Assembly: GCA_051294375.1 (NCBI GenBank)
Contig: CM119264.1
Location: 1,741,930-1,805,929, forward strand
DNA: 64,000 nucleotides
Reading direction: 5' to 3'
Source: Paraspadella gotoi
Lineage: Eukaryota; Animalia; Chaetognatha
Of this stretch, positions 38,823-50,326 are shown piece by piece (the stretch's first letter is position 1; every line of letters begins with the position of its first letter). The translations under genes and the position numbers were made by a program. The notes under the pieces were generated by a model, which saw only the letters and a program-made list of their open reading frames with translations, was not told the DNA's origin and ran no database searches.

Positions 38823-38900
38823 ATGTAGAAAGTGGGATGGACGGGTAACCCGCCTGTAGGCATGGGCCTACTGCCAGATCCTAAGCTCTGGACTACATGA
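38821..38900 (+). ncRNA. Putative permuted twister ribozyme, family B 5' LTR
   Basis: UCAUGUAG AAA GUGG GA UGGA CGG G UAA CCC GC CU GUAGGC-AUGG-GCCUAC UG C CAGA UCCUAAGC UCUG GA CUACAUGA. Confidence 0.7.
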
Positions 38901-39274
38901 ACATGCTGTCTCGCTGTCGCCACGAGGTGACACCGCTGCGGGTGTGGCGCCCTGTAAAACCAGCCTCTTTAATGGTGAGCCCGACGTGATCCGAACACGC
39001 AACCAACCGGGCATGATAATACTCCTCTGCCCTTGATGTGGTTTGAGCTACACAGCTGCCACTCAAAGCAAGGCCACCAGAATAAAGAGAGGTTCAGCGG
39101 AGAGACATGCGCTTCATCCCTGCTTCGTACTCTCATATGCGAGAGTCCTGGGGGCGGCTGTCTGGTGGTCCTATCACCACAGATCGATTAAAGCTGTTTC
39201 GTTCGCAGCGCCTCAGTGGCTCAGTGGACTAATGCACCATCCAATGTGCGTCCCTGGTTCGAGCCCTGAGGTTG

Positions 39275-39355
39275 TCATGTAGAAAGTGGGATGGACCGGG
39301 TAACCCGCCTGTAGGCATGGGCCTACTGCCAGATCCAAAGCTCTGGACTACATGA
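39275..39355 (+). ncRNA. Putative permuted twister ribozyme, family B 3' LTR
   Basis: Same fold with a perfect T1 (UGGA/UCCA), P4 CAGA/UCUG, 8-bp P5, 6-bp P3 and P1 = CCGG. Confidence 0.75.
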
Positions 39356-42245
39356 ACATGCTGTCTCGCTGTCGCCACGAGGTGACACCGCTGCGGGTGT
39401 GGCGCCCTGTAAAACCAGCCTCTTTAATATGATAAAATATAAAAAAAAGGAAATTGATAAAGATGTCACGCCTTGCCTCTCTTTTTAAGGTCGTTCGGCC
39501 AATTCTAAGGTCTGTTTTTTGGTCCCTCATATTTTTCATAGGCCACTCGTATTCCGAAAAAAATTTTTGATATGAAGATAGTTTCGTTTTAAAACTCATT
39601 GAATGTGTTTCGTCCGGAGGAAACTCTGTCTTTACGAGTTTCTGGGGAATTTTCCTTAAATAAATGTTTAAATATACAAAGTGACTTTTCTCTCATGAAC
39701 TCACGTTAAGCAATTCGTTATGGGGGAAAGTTCAAACTTTAAACGTTCGATCTCGCGCTGGAATAGAAAATATTAAAAGATTTTCTACAGAAATAGTGAA
39801 ACATCTCTAATATCTCATTGTCCAGAAGACAACATTATATTATTAAATGTGAAATAAATAATAGTTAAATCTAATGCTTATGTGAAATTTACATTATTTT
39901 CAAAGGTAGGTCACCTCAATAGGTATTTTATTAGCGTTCTGTCAGCGACTGAGATAAATGTAATATTCAAAACTGACAGGCATTGCAAAGTCACCATTAA
40001 ATTGCAGAGAAAGCAATTGTCTATTGTTAATAGTTTTTGTAAAAACTTTTATAAAAAAATCTGAAACTGCAATCGATGTTGCAGTCACTCAAGATTATAA
40101 TTAAGTTTCTTTGTGTTGTTAATAGAATTTTCCAAGATTTTTGTCTTTTCTCTGCATTTTAACGATTCAAAAAAGAAAAGGTTTCTATTGCTAATTACAT
40201 TCAGACGTCATAATATTTTTGATGAATAACAACGCAATTTACATTGTAAGCTGTTGTTACAATTTAAGAAACTATCAAAAAGAGTAGCCATTAGTATTGA
40301 TGATCACTTTTTTATAAGCAATATTTAAGTCTTAAAGAGTGGCTTGTCCTCACACTAGTGTAGCAAGTTGATCTAGAAAAAAAAATTTTTCAGTTTCCTT
40401 GCAATCTATTACTTCAGAACAGGTGATAGCTTTGCTACCATTGAGCTTTTCTAATGATTAATGGCGTTTAAAAAAACTTTGATCTCCAACTCTTCCAGGA
40501 ACTTGGAATCAGTTTATCCCACCTCTGTCCCGTCCTCACATTCACCACTCCAACATTAACTCCACTTTCCTCTCATTCAATCTTCCTTCTTCGCTCTTCC
40601 CTACCTAATACAACAAAGTCGACCAATGTACTTTTATCTCTTCCCTTTCCTATTTCCCTCCCACTCTCAAAAACACAATTCCACTCCCAACAATGGCTTT
40701 TCCTCACAACAGCGATGAAAATGACGATGGAAAAGACAAGAAATCCAGATGGTGACAATTATGACCATATCGATTATGAAAATGAAAAATGATGTTTTGA
40801 GGAATGATTAATAATATTAATACTACTGATTGATAGATTTATTTACTAGTTATCTATTAATTCTGGATTAATTAATCAATTGGTTTATTTACTTTATTAA
40901 TTGATTGAATGAATAATTGAGCCACTTTTTTCTTCTAGCAGCATTGCCGACCCGACCATGAGCTACAAAACAAGACGATGAGACGATATTTTGGCAACGT
41001 GAGCTTAGGCGGCCAACATTGTTACTGACATAGTGGCCGGGACAATGGTCAATGGAGTGAAGGCGGGGCGAGTGAAACAAGCTCAGATTTCATATTCTTT
41101 GTACTCATTTTACTATTTTGTCTCTTTATATGTGTTTTATTCGTTTACAACAATTAGTTGAAACAGTACATTCAAAAGGGCATACAGCATTACAGATATG
41201 GCCACTGATGATGATATTGAAATATATGTTCTTTAACTGAGGTCTATTAAGGCTGACTCGGTCTACGGTAAGTAAAAACGAGGTAGACGGCGGAAGAAAG
41301 GGAATATATATCGTTAGCGACTAGAAAAACCGGTGAATGAGGGAGTAAAAAAGGCTGAATGGGTGAGGACCGGTCAGAGGGAAAGAGCGTGAATGAAAAC
41401 CTCAACCCTGAACTCGATCCTGGATCTCCGGGAGGATGAAAAGAAATGAAGAGGAAACGGTGCAAGCTGACGAAGCCTATCGGCTCTTTCTGATGTCAAA
41501 ATATTCCAAAATATTCTGATACATTACCAGTCTACAAAGTATCAATTGAAATGAATCAAATATCAATTGAATTTCTGGTCATGTGAACGCTTTTATAGGA
41601 CTGCCTAAGTATAACACAACACTGAAGGTCTTGTTGTACCTAACTGAACTAAAAAAATTATAGACGCCTTTCTTGCTATTATTAGGGTGATATATTAGTT
41701 ATCTAAGTGATTTTAAGTGGCAGATTTAGCGAAAAAAAAAACTGACTGGTAAAATTAAAGTATAATAAATTTAAACAAATTGAATTTTAGGCAAACTTAT
41801 ACGCATTAAAAATAATTTAATAATTATTATTCAGGAAAAGGATACGAAAAGTTGTTAAATTAGTTCAACAAAAATATTCGCTTTTTTTTAAATCCAACTT
41901 TAAAAATATAAGTAAAAAGTGTCAATTAATATGAAAATTGCAAAATTACTTCTTTCACTATTTTAAGTCTTAGATTTATAGATTTTTTAATATTTATTAA
42001 AATTATTTATTACAAATTCTATTTTTTATTATTATTACTATTTTTTATTATTTAATATTATATAATTTTGGTCATTGCATTGGCTACCAATAAATAATAG
42101 AATTACGAGAATATTGAGAACGACATGGTGCTTGAGAGAGAGCTCACACATTCTCCATCGTGTTCATTATGTGAAAATTCTTCAAAGTTTTGAATTATGA
42201 ATAGATACAATTACAATATTATCAAAAGTTTTTATTCAAATCAAT

Positions 42246-44524
42246 TTATATAAACAAAAAGCTTATGGACACGGATAAAAAAAGTAAAAATATATTTATA
42301 ATGTTGTAATTTTTTTTTCCTTCAGTGTAGGCAATGACTTTAAATTCATCAAGAAGCAAAAACATTTTTTGATGACATTTTTTTACTTGGCTTGCTAAGT
42401 TTTCTATTTCTCTAAAATATACAAAAATAGGAGAAAATGATGGCGTTTTCACGGAGTAGTACAAAAAAATAGTTGGGGTATGGAATCTTTGAAATGTATA
42501 TTCTTTGATTACATAGTAGTAAGTCGTAATTTCGTTTTTGTTGTTATTTGTTATAATAAGAAAATAAATGCTTGTTACAAAACATAATAGCACAAACAGC
42601 GATTTAATAAAAAGTAGTTTTATTGTTTTATTGCTAACTTTTGCCAACATAAAAAATAGCCATGTAATAAAAGGCAGCATAGAAGTAAAAAAAATCAAAG
42701 AATGTAATTCACTAAAAATCAACATTAAAATCAGATCCTGAAAAATTTTATAACCATATGGGTTTTGATTGTAACAGATCATTTTATAGGTTGTCTTCTC
42801 GTTTGCATAATTTATATTTTGAATCAGAAAAGCTAAAACTAGAATTGTGCTTGCTATCGCTCCAATTATTTTAAACAATTTTTTTTCTCCATTTGATAAA
42901 CGTTTCCATGGTTTTTTGGCAAAAGCCTCCATAAAAATAAGAACAAAGGAAAGTGCCATAAAAGTTGCAGAAAAATGTGTTATGCTTGTGAAGCTTCTGT
43001 ATAGAATTTCTTTGGAGTCAAAAAAGCGTTTGAAGTTTCATGTTTTTTAACTAATTGTATATCCATTTTGAGCAAGTTCTTGACTTATATATTCATGACA
43101 GATTGTTGCATAACAATGATGGCAAAGTATGACAAATGGCATCATTGATGCAAATAAAAGGATATCATTTTCCTCAATTCTTTCTTTAAAATCAAATATG
43201 TTGCTACATAAAATATTCCTGAACTCAAATCAATAAGCAAAATTATCAAAATGATTGAGTGTGTTGGGCTTAAAAATTTATAATTTCCAATCGCATAGAT
43301 TACGAATTTATGAAGCTTTCTATTTGGATAAATTGATTTGTATTCCTCGCACGACACTGGGATGTCTTTTGGTAATATTTTTTGCCATCTTTTTTCGTCA
43401 ATTATTCCTATTGCTTGGTAGCAAGCTCTTACTAAAAACATTGGTCTATTTTTAATCGCAAACCAAACAAATTTAGGGGCTTGCACAGGTGACGTATCCA
43501 TTTTTGTAGTACGAATATTAAAAACGTTCGAATGAATTGTTGCCAGCTTGTCATAAAAAAAAAATAATGAGACAATTATAACTGGCCATGAAACCATGAT
43601 GAGATATGGTGAAAAATATTTTTTTCTTTTATTATATGAAGCAACAAGTCCTTTTCCTAAAGAACAATTTAACACTAACTGTTTCAATTCGGTGAAAGTA
43701 AAAATCCTTAGCAGGATAGTTGGGGTAAGCAAAGACAACCAAGGAGAATTTTTGATTGCCCAAACGTACATGATATAAAGATTAATTGTAATTCCAATGG
43801 TGCCCTGAATGAGGCTACAAATGCCGTCAGGGGTTGCCAATGTTCCTCGAGATTTAGCAGCAAATGAGGTCAAGCTAATGGTGGAAAGGCTGAAAGAAAT
43901 AAGCGTTTGATATTGATCAATGTCCCAGGAGCAAGCTTTTAGCTTTTCCGAAATTTTAAAACATTCGCACTCCTTCGATGATTGTGTCATAATTTCATCG
44001 CTCTTCATCTCATATAGAAGTTTTCCTTTAATTGTCTGCAAACACTGCTTTTTAGTACCACTGGTCAACTCTAGCATCAGCGCGGCAGCTTGAAGCAGTA
44101 TTTGTGGATAAGACTCAAACAAGTTGTGCACAATTTCGAGAGATCGAATAAAATAAAGCTTTTCTGTCATTAAAGCAGAAGATGTTACACTCTTGGATCC
44201 TTGTTCATCTAAATAATAATCAATTATGAAGAGAGCGTTTCCTAAACCCAAAGCGCAGATAAACACAGTGCCAGAGCTTTTCCAAAGACTCTGCCAAAAG
44301 CGCGGATATAATGAAGCCTTTTTTTTCAACCAGCGCCAAACATGCGCAACCAATATGACGTAGTGTATCAACAGTACAGTGCCTATACCAATTCCAATGT
44401 ATCGCTCTAAGTAAAATTCTTTTTGACATGAAAGAATCATTGTACGGAAATCGGTAACAACGTCGGTAATTGTTAAAAAAACTGTTAATATAACAAAAAT
44501 TGTTTGCACTTTGTTGGCTTTCAT
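42246..44524 (-). pseudogene. Second XK-related paralog, with one net -1 frameshift near 43157 (pseudogene or sequencing error)
   Basis: ORFs 43142-44584 and 42246-42959 are colinear with the 757-aa protein (TDVVTD, FESYPQILLQ). 'caaataaaagg' versus 'caaatacaaagg' in copy 1. A compensated indel pair lies near 43035-43050. Confidence 0.8.
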
Positions 44525-45161
44525 TTTCATTAGAGAGCAAGTCGCCTTCTGAGAGCAAAAATTTTTTTTGCGAAAGAAAAACAAAAAGTTATTGAGAAAA
44601 AGTTGTTAGCGAGAGTTCGCTAAAATAAGAGAAAATAATTAGCGTAATCTGTTATAAAATCGGAATAAAATGATTAAAAAATGTTTTTAATGCAATAGCT
44701 TTTCTTACTTTAAATTAAACTCTGTTTTTTGGGGGGGTTTTATTGTATAACTGTTCAACTGTTATTTGTTGTTCATTTTGAATTGATATGATGTAGCCTT
44801 TTGAGAAAGAATTTAAATTGAAAGTAAAAAGTAATTATCGATAGAAATCGAACAAGTTCTTCACTTGTCAAAAATTGTTCATTAATGTTCAGGATTTATT
44901 TAAAATAATTTTCGATCAAAAATTCCATTTACATCGTGTTTTTAATATGTATTTATTAAGAATGAATTTCCTAATTCAATTTCATATAATTTTTTTTTTT
45001 TTTTTTGCTAATTAGCTTCCGATAACTTTCGAAAATAGTCGGTGACCTTTTTCTGTTATTTTTCGTTGTTTTTTTTATTAAATGTTAATTGACAAACTGA
45101 AGCTCATTGAGAAATAAGAGAGAGTTTTGCCGGAAAAGTAAAAAAAAAATAGTTAGGGTCT

Positions 45162-45245
45162 GGGAACTTAGAAATGTATATTCTTTGATTACATTTTAGT
45201 CAGTCGTGTTTCCTTTTGTGTTTTTATTTGTTTTAATAATAAATT
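45162..45245 (-). pseudogene. Short relic of a third XKR copy (C-terminal coding part)
   Basis: 'gaaatgtatattctttgattaca..agtcgt..tatttg' matches 42481-42570. Confidence 0.55.
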
Positions 45246-45434
45246 AAATTAAATTAAATTATTTATTAAATGAATGGATAATTTATATATTGGCTTGTAC
45301 CAATTTCATAGATAAAATAGAGAAAAAAGTGAATAAGGGGGAGAAAGGAAGAGTGAGAGAGAGACAATGAGTGGCGGGGGTAGGGAGGAAGGAAGGGAGA
45401 GAGAGAGAGAGAGAGAGAAGAGAGAGGAGAGAGA

Positions 45435-45477
<43 letters not shown>

Positions 45478-46041
45478 AAGAGAAGAGAGAAAATGAAAGC
45501 AAAAGAATACAAGAGAATACAAAGTTCATTGATTCCAAACAAAAACTCGTCGATAGACTTCCACTAATCGCATCTAGAGGTCGCGCTGCCTCAAATTATT
45601 TTTAAACAAAAGACACGGCAAGTGTCCTCGGCAGCAGCGTTAGCATCAGCCTCACGGATAGCAACGCTTATGAACTGCAAACGTTTATATTTAGTTAATA
45701 TTAAAGCTGCTTTATTTAGATCATTGTTGAAGTTAACTTGTTATTCATCTCTTGAAAAAATTAAAGCAAACATCAAATCTCTAAAACGAATCCAATTTTC
45801 TATTTTCCATCCCATGTAGAACCTTGGATCAAATCCGTTGTACCAGTGGCTGGACCAAGTAGACCTACAGATATCTGTATAATTCAACGGTGAGCGTTTT
45901 TAATATCGCGCCTTGTGGGTAAAATCGTTAGAAATATAAATAAAAAAAAATTCTTATAACAATTCGTAGGCCAATTCAATTTTTCTAAATCAACAAAAAC
46001 AACAACAGCGATAACAACGTTGCTGTTGCAACTACAACAAT

Positions 46042-46211
46042 ATGGGCTCCTGCGTCACCGCCGGACCCAACGAAGTCGTCGTTGTCTCCGGCGCAGAGCC
46101 GTGCTGCTGCTGTCCCGGCGGAAGCAGCGGCGGCGGCGGCGGGACGAGGAGAGGCGTCAACTACATCACTGGAGGATGCGCTTGGGTTTGCTGTTGCTTC
46201 ATTTGCTGCAG
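46042..46211 (+). CDS. FLOT2: Flotillin (flotillin-2/reggie-1-like) first coding exon
   Basis: MGSCVTAGPNEVVVVSGAEPCCCCPGGSSGGGGGTRRGVNYITGGCAWVCCCFICC-AG|gtgaa matches the flotillin-2 N-terminal pattern MGxCxTxGPNExxVVSG..CC....Y..GGxAW. Downstream exons were not recognised. Confidence 0.85.
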
Positions 46212-46761
46212 GTGAACTCTAATGTGATGTTGCTTCAAGTTGCTGCTGGTTCAAGGCGGCTTTGAGCAAATTACTCAACTTATTTGTGCTTATTTGTGTC
46301 TTTTCTTTTTATTTCTTTGTCTTTTTCTTTTCATTTGTTTTCATTTTCGCGGAGCAACTCGATAAGTCACTTTTCGGTCCGTCGGTCTTTCAGTATGACT
46401 GTCCGTCGGTCCGTCAGTATGTCTGTCCATCGGTCTTTCCCACTGAGGTAAAAAATGCTCAAAACTTGCTCATTTTTGAAAACAGGAAAAAACCTTAAAT
46501 CTACGGGACTGCTAGCGCCGCCTTCAGGAAATAAAGACAAAATTTGTCATATCATGTCACAAGAAACACATGTGATAAGGTAGTGACTGCGACGCTACAC
46601 ATTTGAATTACCGTTCTTGTCTTTTCGTTTCTTTATATTTCTTTGTCTCTTTCCTTTTTTTTATTTCTTTGTCTTTTTCTTTTTTTTCTTTTTTTTTTAA
46701 TTTTTTTGTCAGATCTTTATCGAGTTTGTCTTGATTTACGAAGCGGCATAAATGAAAGATT

Positions 46762-47015
46762 TGTGTATATGGCGCTAAGTGGGGCTGAAGAGTGCTATCC
46801 GCAACTTCTTTAAGCGCCTCCAGCAGCCATGAAACGGGCCCTGGGCTTTGAACCAGGCTTGAGGGTTTGCCACGCCCCCAAGGCGGCTTACGGCCGTCCT
46901 CACGCTTCCCGCAGGGTAGGTACCGGGTTGGGATTGAACCCAGCTTTACTCAATGAGCCACTGGGTCACGACTGTAGGTGTCATGCGGGGTGAACCTAGG
47001 CAAAGCCCGACTACA
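46762..47015 (-). mobile_element. Solo LTR, family C, with TG..CA ends, GATT TSD, Pol III boxes and a twister-like motif (46834-46912)
   Basis: gatt|tgtgta..ctaca|gatt. On -: tggctcattg, ggttcaatccc, then GCGGG AA GCGU GA GGAC GGCC G UAA GCC GC CUUGGGG..CCUCAAG C CUGG UUCAAAGC CCAG GG CCCGU. Confidence 0.8.
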
Positions 47016-47478
47016 GATTCCTTGTTTTAATAAATGATATTACTGTATGTTTAATGTACGTATGAACTGTGTCTTTTGATAATTGTTATTCTTTAGATTA
47101 ATTTGTTTCCCTTTTCTCTTCAGATCGGATTAAAATAACCGAGGAAAAATAACCTGAAGAAGCAGAACGAATTTAAGTTTCCAGATCAAATGATAAAATA
47201 GTCAATTACCCCAACTTTTGACAATCGTCCTCTCCTTGCATGTTGCCCCTTTTGTGACAAATTATTTACGAACAAGATTAAATTGATACATATCATGAAT
47301 ACGTACAAGTTCTTTTTGGAACGAAGCTTTTCAAAGTGGGTAATTCATAATCATTAGCTCATGAAAAAATCCCAAATTAACCCAACCACTGCTTTATTTC
47401 TTTTGGGAACTTTTAAGTTCAATTCAATATAAATCATTTAAAAATGAAAGTTGCAGAGGGTGTCTGAGAGAGAAGAGA

Positions 47479-47534
<56 letters not shown>

Positions 47535-47535
47535 A

Positions 47536-48440
47536 TGTTACGAGGCTAGGGATCTTCTCTCTCAGCAACTTAAGGATAGAAGGAAGAGAAGAAGGTACCT
47601 GAGCTAGTCTTCTCGCCCTGCTCAGCACCTAAAGGATAGGAAGGAAGAGAGAGGGTTTCCTTCAGCTGTCTGCCTTCGCCCTTGCTCAGCAACCTAAGTT
47701 AGAAGTAAGAGAGAGGTACCTGAGCTAGTCTGCTCACGCCCTGCTCACCTACTGAGGTTAGGAAAGGAAAAGCGATAGGTACCTGAAGCAAAGTTTTCTC
47801 GTCACTCCTCTGCTATGATCAGCTATCTCAGTCATAGATCATTCTAATGAGAAGTTGGCGGGAAAACGAAGAAACCAAATGAACAAGCTTGCACACCTCA
47901 GCAAGGAGAGAGGAGGAAAGAGAGATCTCAGATAGCCACCCGAACCTCGCTGGCGTCGGGCCCTCGGCTAGCCAATAGGAGAGAGAGAGGAGAGCTGAGG
48001 GTCCTTCAAGGGGTACTCAGGTCTTCGCTATAGCCTTGCACCACATGAGATGCTCCTATTTTATGTAAGATGAGGGAGGAAGGTAGGCCTAGGATTTTCA
48101 TATAAAGAAGGAGTGTTACAAGGGCTTCTGGGGCATTCAGGGCGGCCTCCAGAAGAAAGAAGAACAATGCGCACGCGCCCAGCAAGAACCAGCGACCATT
48201 AAAAGGAGACTCAAGGATCAATGAGGGAACCTATGCCTCAAATCTCCCTATGAATAAGGAAATCACTGTTGGCCTGGCAAACGGCCCTCCACTGTTTGGA
48301 AAATAAAGGATGCCTAATAAACTAACAAATAAACTCTAATAAACGTTTTTCCTGATAGGAAAAAGTAGCTACTGGGTAGTTGCTAAGGATTAAATCTTGT
48401 TGCGGCCCGAAATCCGCAACGATATGGCGCCCAATGGTGG
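47536..48440 (+). mobile_element. LTR (~885 bp) of an LTR retrotransposon followed by a tRNA-Lys-type PBS
   Basis: Starts tgttac. Internal ~60-70-bp tandem repeats (47550-47800), TATAAA at ~48101 and AATAAA signals. Ends near gcaac 48420, then 'tggcgcccaa' at 48425. Confidence 0.6.
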
Positions 48441-49704
48441 CTCTGCCACAACGCCCACAAGTGGATAAAATCCTGGATGGGAAATTTCTTCAAAATTAAA
48501 ATTTTAAAATTCTAAAAATCAAAAATTCCTTGAATGGGAAATCCTTTGAGGTCAAAATACCTAAAAAAAAAAAAAAAAAAAAAAAAATGATGAAGTAAAG
48601 AATAAAAAATGGGGAAATTTAAAATTTTGTTTCACATAGTCTGATTCTCTCTGGATTTGGGCCCAGGATTAGCGCAGTCCAGATCACTGTTCTTCCCCAT
48701 CCTTCAAAATATGCTCGCTTTGGCTAAATGGCATCTACTGCTTGGCTGAGAGCGGCGCCCAGGTTGGATTGTGCATCTTGACAGTCGTCTTCCCCATCCA
48801 AATGTTGACTAGGTTTTCTAAACTTGTGGAACCAAAAATAACTTGTTATCACTGGTTTGTGTCTCCCTGATTCGGCTCCACGGTTGGTACAGTAACACTC
48901 ACTGTCGGTCCCATCCTTTCCAACANNNNNNNNNNNNNNNNNNNNNNNNNTCTCTCTCTCTCTCTCTCTCATTTCCTCTCCGTCTCCCTCCGTTTTTTTA
49001 CGCTTTCCTTCGTTTTTCTTTCGCCGGTTTTTTTCTTCCGCGATGGAAAATTCTCATCCTCGTTTGTTTTGGCTCAAAAAAAAAAATTTCAAGAAAATTT
49101 TAAAAACAAAACAAAAAAAACCAGAAAACAAGAAAGAAAGAAAAGGGGGCAAAAACAGCCGGCGTTTCCTCTCGTTTTTTTCTTCTTTTGTTTTCTTGTT
49201 TTTTCCCCTACCATTTTCGGCCCTCATACAAAAAACGGTTTCAAAACAAAATCTCTTTTTTTTTTCAAGAAATTCGATCTTGCGAATACAAAATTTAAGT
49301 CAGTGAATGCGATGAGTCATTTTTTCGTCGGAGTCACTTCTTGCGTGTCACGCCTGTCACGCCTGTCACGGCTGACCTTTTCACGATTTATGTATCCAGT
49401 CACTTCGCTTCGGTTTTTGTGTTTAACTTAAAAGATCGAATGACGGTTTAATATAATATAATAAACTAATATGTCTTGACTATGTCTTGTCAATCCTATC
49501 TTCTATAAGTGAAAATTGTTCTTCATGTTATTTCAACCCTGACTGCAATAGTCAATTAACTCTTGGCCTCTTGGCCTCTTGGCCGGTTGTCTTATCTCTT
49601 CTTATCTGATATTAACTCACAATAAAACAGATCGGCGATGTAATCCAAAGAGTTATTCATTAGCATCCGCTATGACAACGAAAACAACGACATCTGCTAA
49701 CGCC

Positions 49705-49895
49705 TGTCTTGTCGCTTGCAATTTGTTTATCCCGCCTGAAACCTTCAGTCTTGTCCCGTTGGCTCAATTGAGTAATACCGTCAGCTCAAGAACATTAGGT
49801 ACCGGGTTCGGTTCCATGTGATACATACCCTGCGGGAAGGGTGATGAGGGCCGTGAAATGCCTTGGGGCCGTCGAGAATCCTCAAGCCAGGTTCC
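49705..49895 (+). mobile_element. 3'-truncated, diverged family C LTR with a partial twister-like motif
   Basis: 'tggctcaattgagtaa', 'taccctgcgggaagggtga tgag ggcc g' and 'ccttgggg..cctcaagccagg' align to the 46762-47015 element. Confidence 0.65.
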
Positions 49896-50165
49896 GAACA
49901 CATTTAACGCTTTCTCCACACTTTTACCTCTTGAACTGGGAAGACTCTTTCCCTTTAATAGTTTTCCGGACCTTTTTTTAAAAAAACTAATAACAATCGA
50001 CAAATTTTTTGTTACTATCGCCTCATTTTCACTGAACCCGTCGACTCTTCTATATTTGGATACTTTATCCGGACAAGCAGGGTTCCGGTTTGCCAGTCTT
50101 AACTGTATTTATTGTATTCTACGAAGCATCTACTTACCTTTCAAACCAAACACATGCGGGAAATC

Positions 50166-50326
50166 TGTGGATAAGACGCTAAGTGGGCTGAAGACCACTA
50201 TCCATATTTTCTGTGTCCCTTCAGCAGCAATGGAACGGGTCCTGGGCATGGAATCTGGCTAGGGGTGTTTTCGAGGCTTCCTGCAGAGTAGATACCAATG
50301 GGGATCGTTCCCGGTACCTAATGGTC
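50166..50326 (-). mobile_element. Internally deleted family C LTR
   Basis: 'cgctaagtgggctgaaga..cagcagcaatggaacgggtcctgggc' aligns to 46772-46850. Confidence 0.6.

Larger units (their letters stand above)
38705..39426 (+). mobile_element. TRIM-like mini LTR element, family B (LTRs 38705-38971 and 39159-39426; PBS tRNA-Trp 38973-39004; PPT ~39150-39158; TSD ATAT)
   Basis: Two near-identical ~267-bp direct repeats. 'tggtgagcccgacgtgatccgaacacgcaacc' is near-complementary to the 3' end of eukaryotic tRNA-Trp. G-run before the TG of the 3' LTR. atat on both flanks. Confidence 0.88.

Noticed and set aside
40700-41490. Exon-like GC-richer patches after pyrimidine tracts
   Set aside because: No recognisable protein motif or consistent frame.
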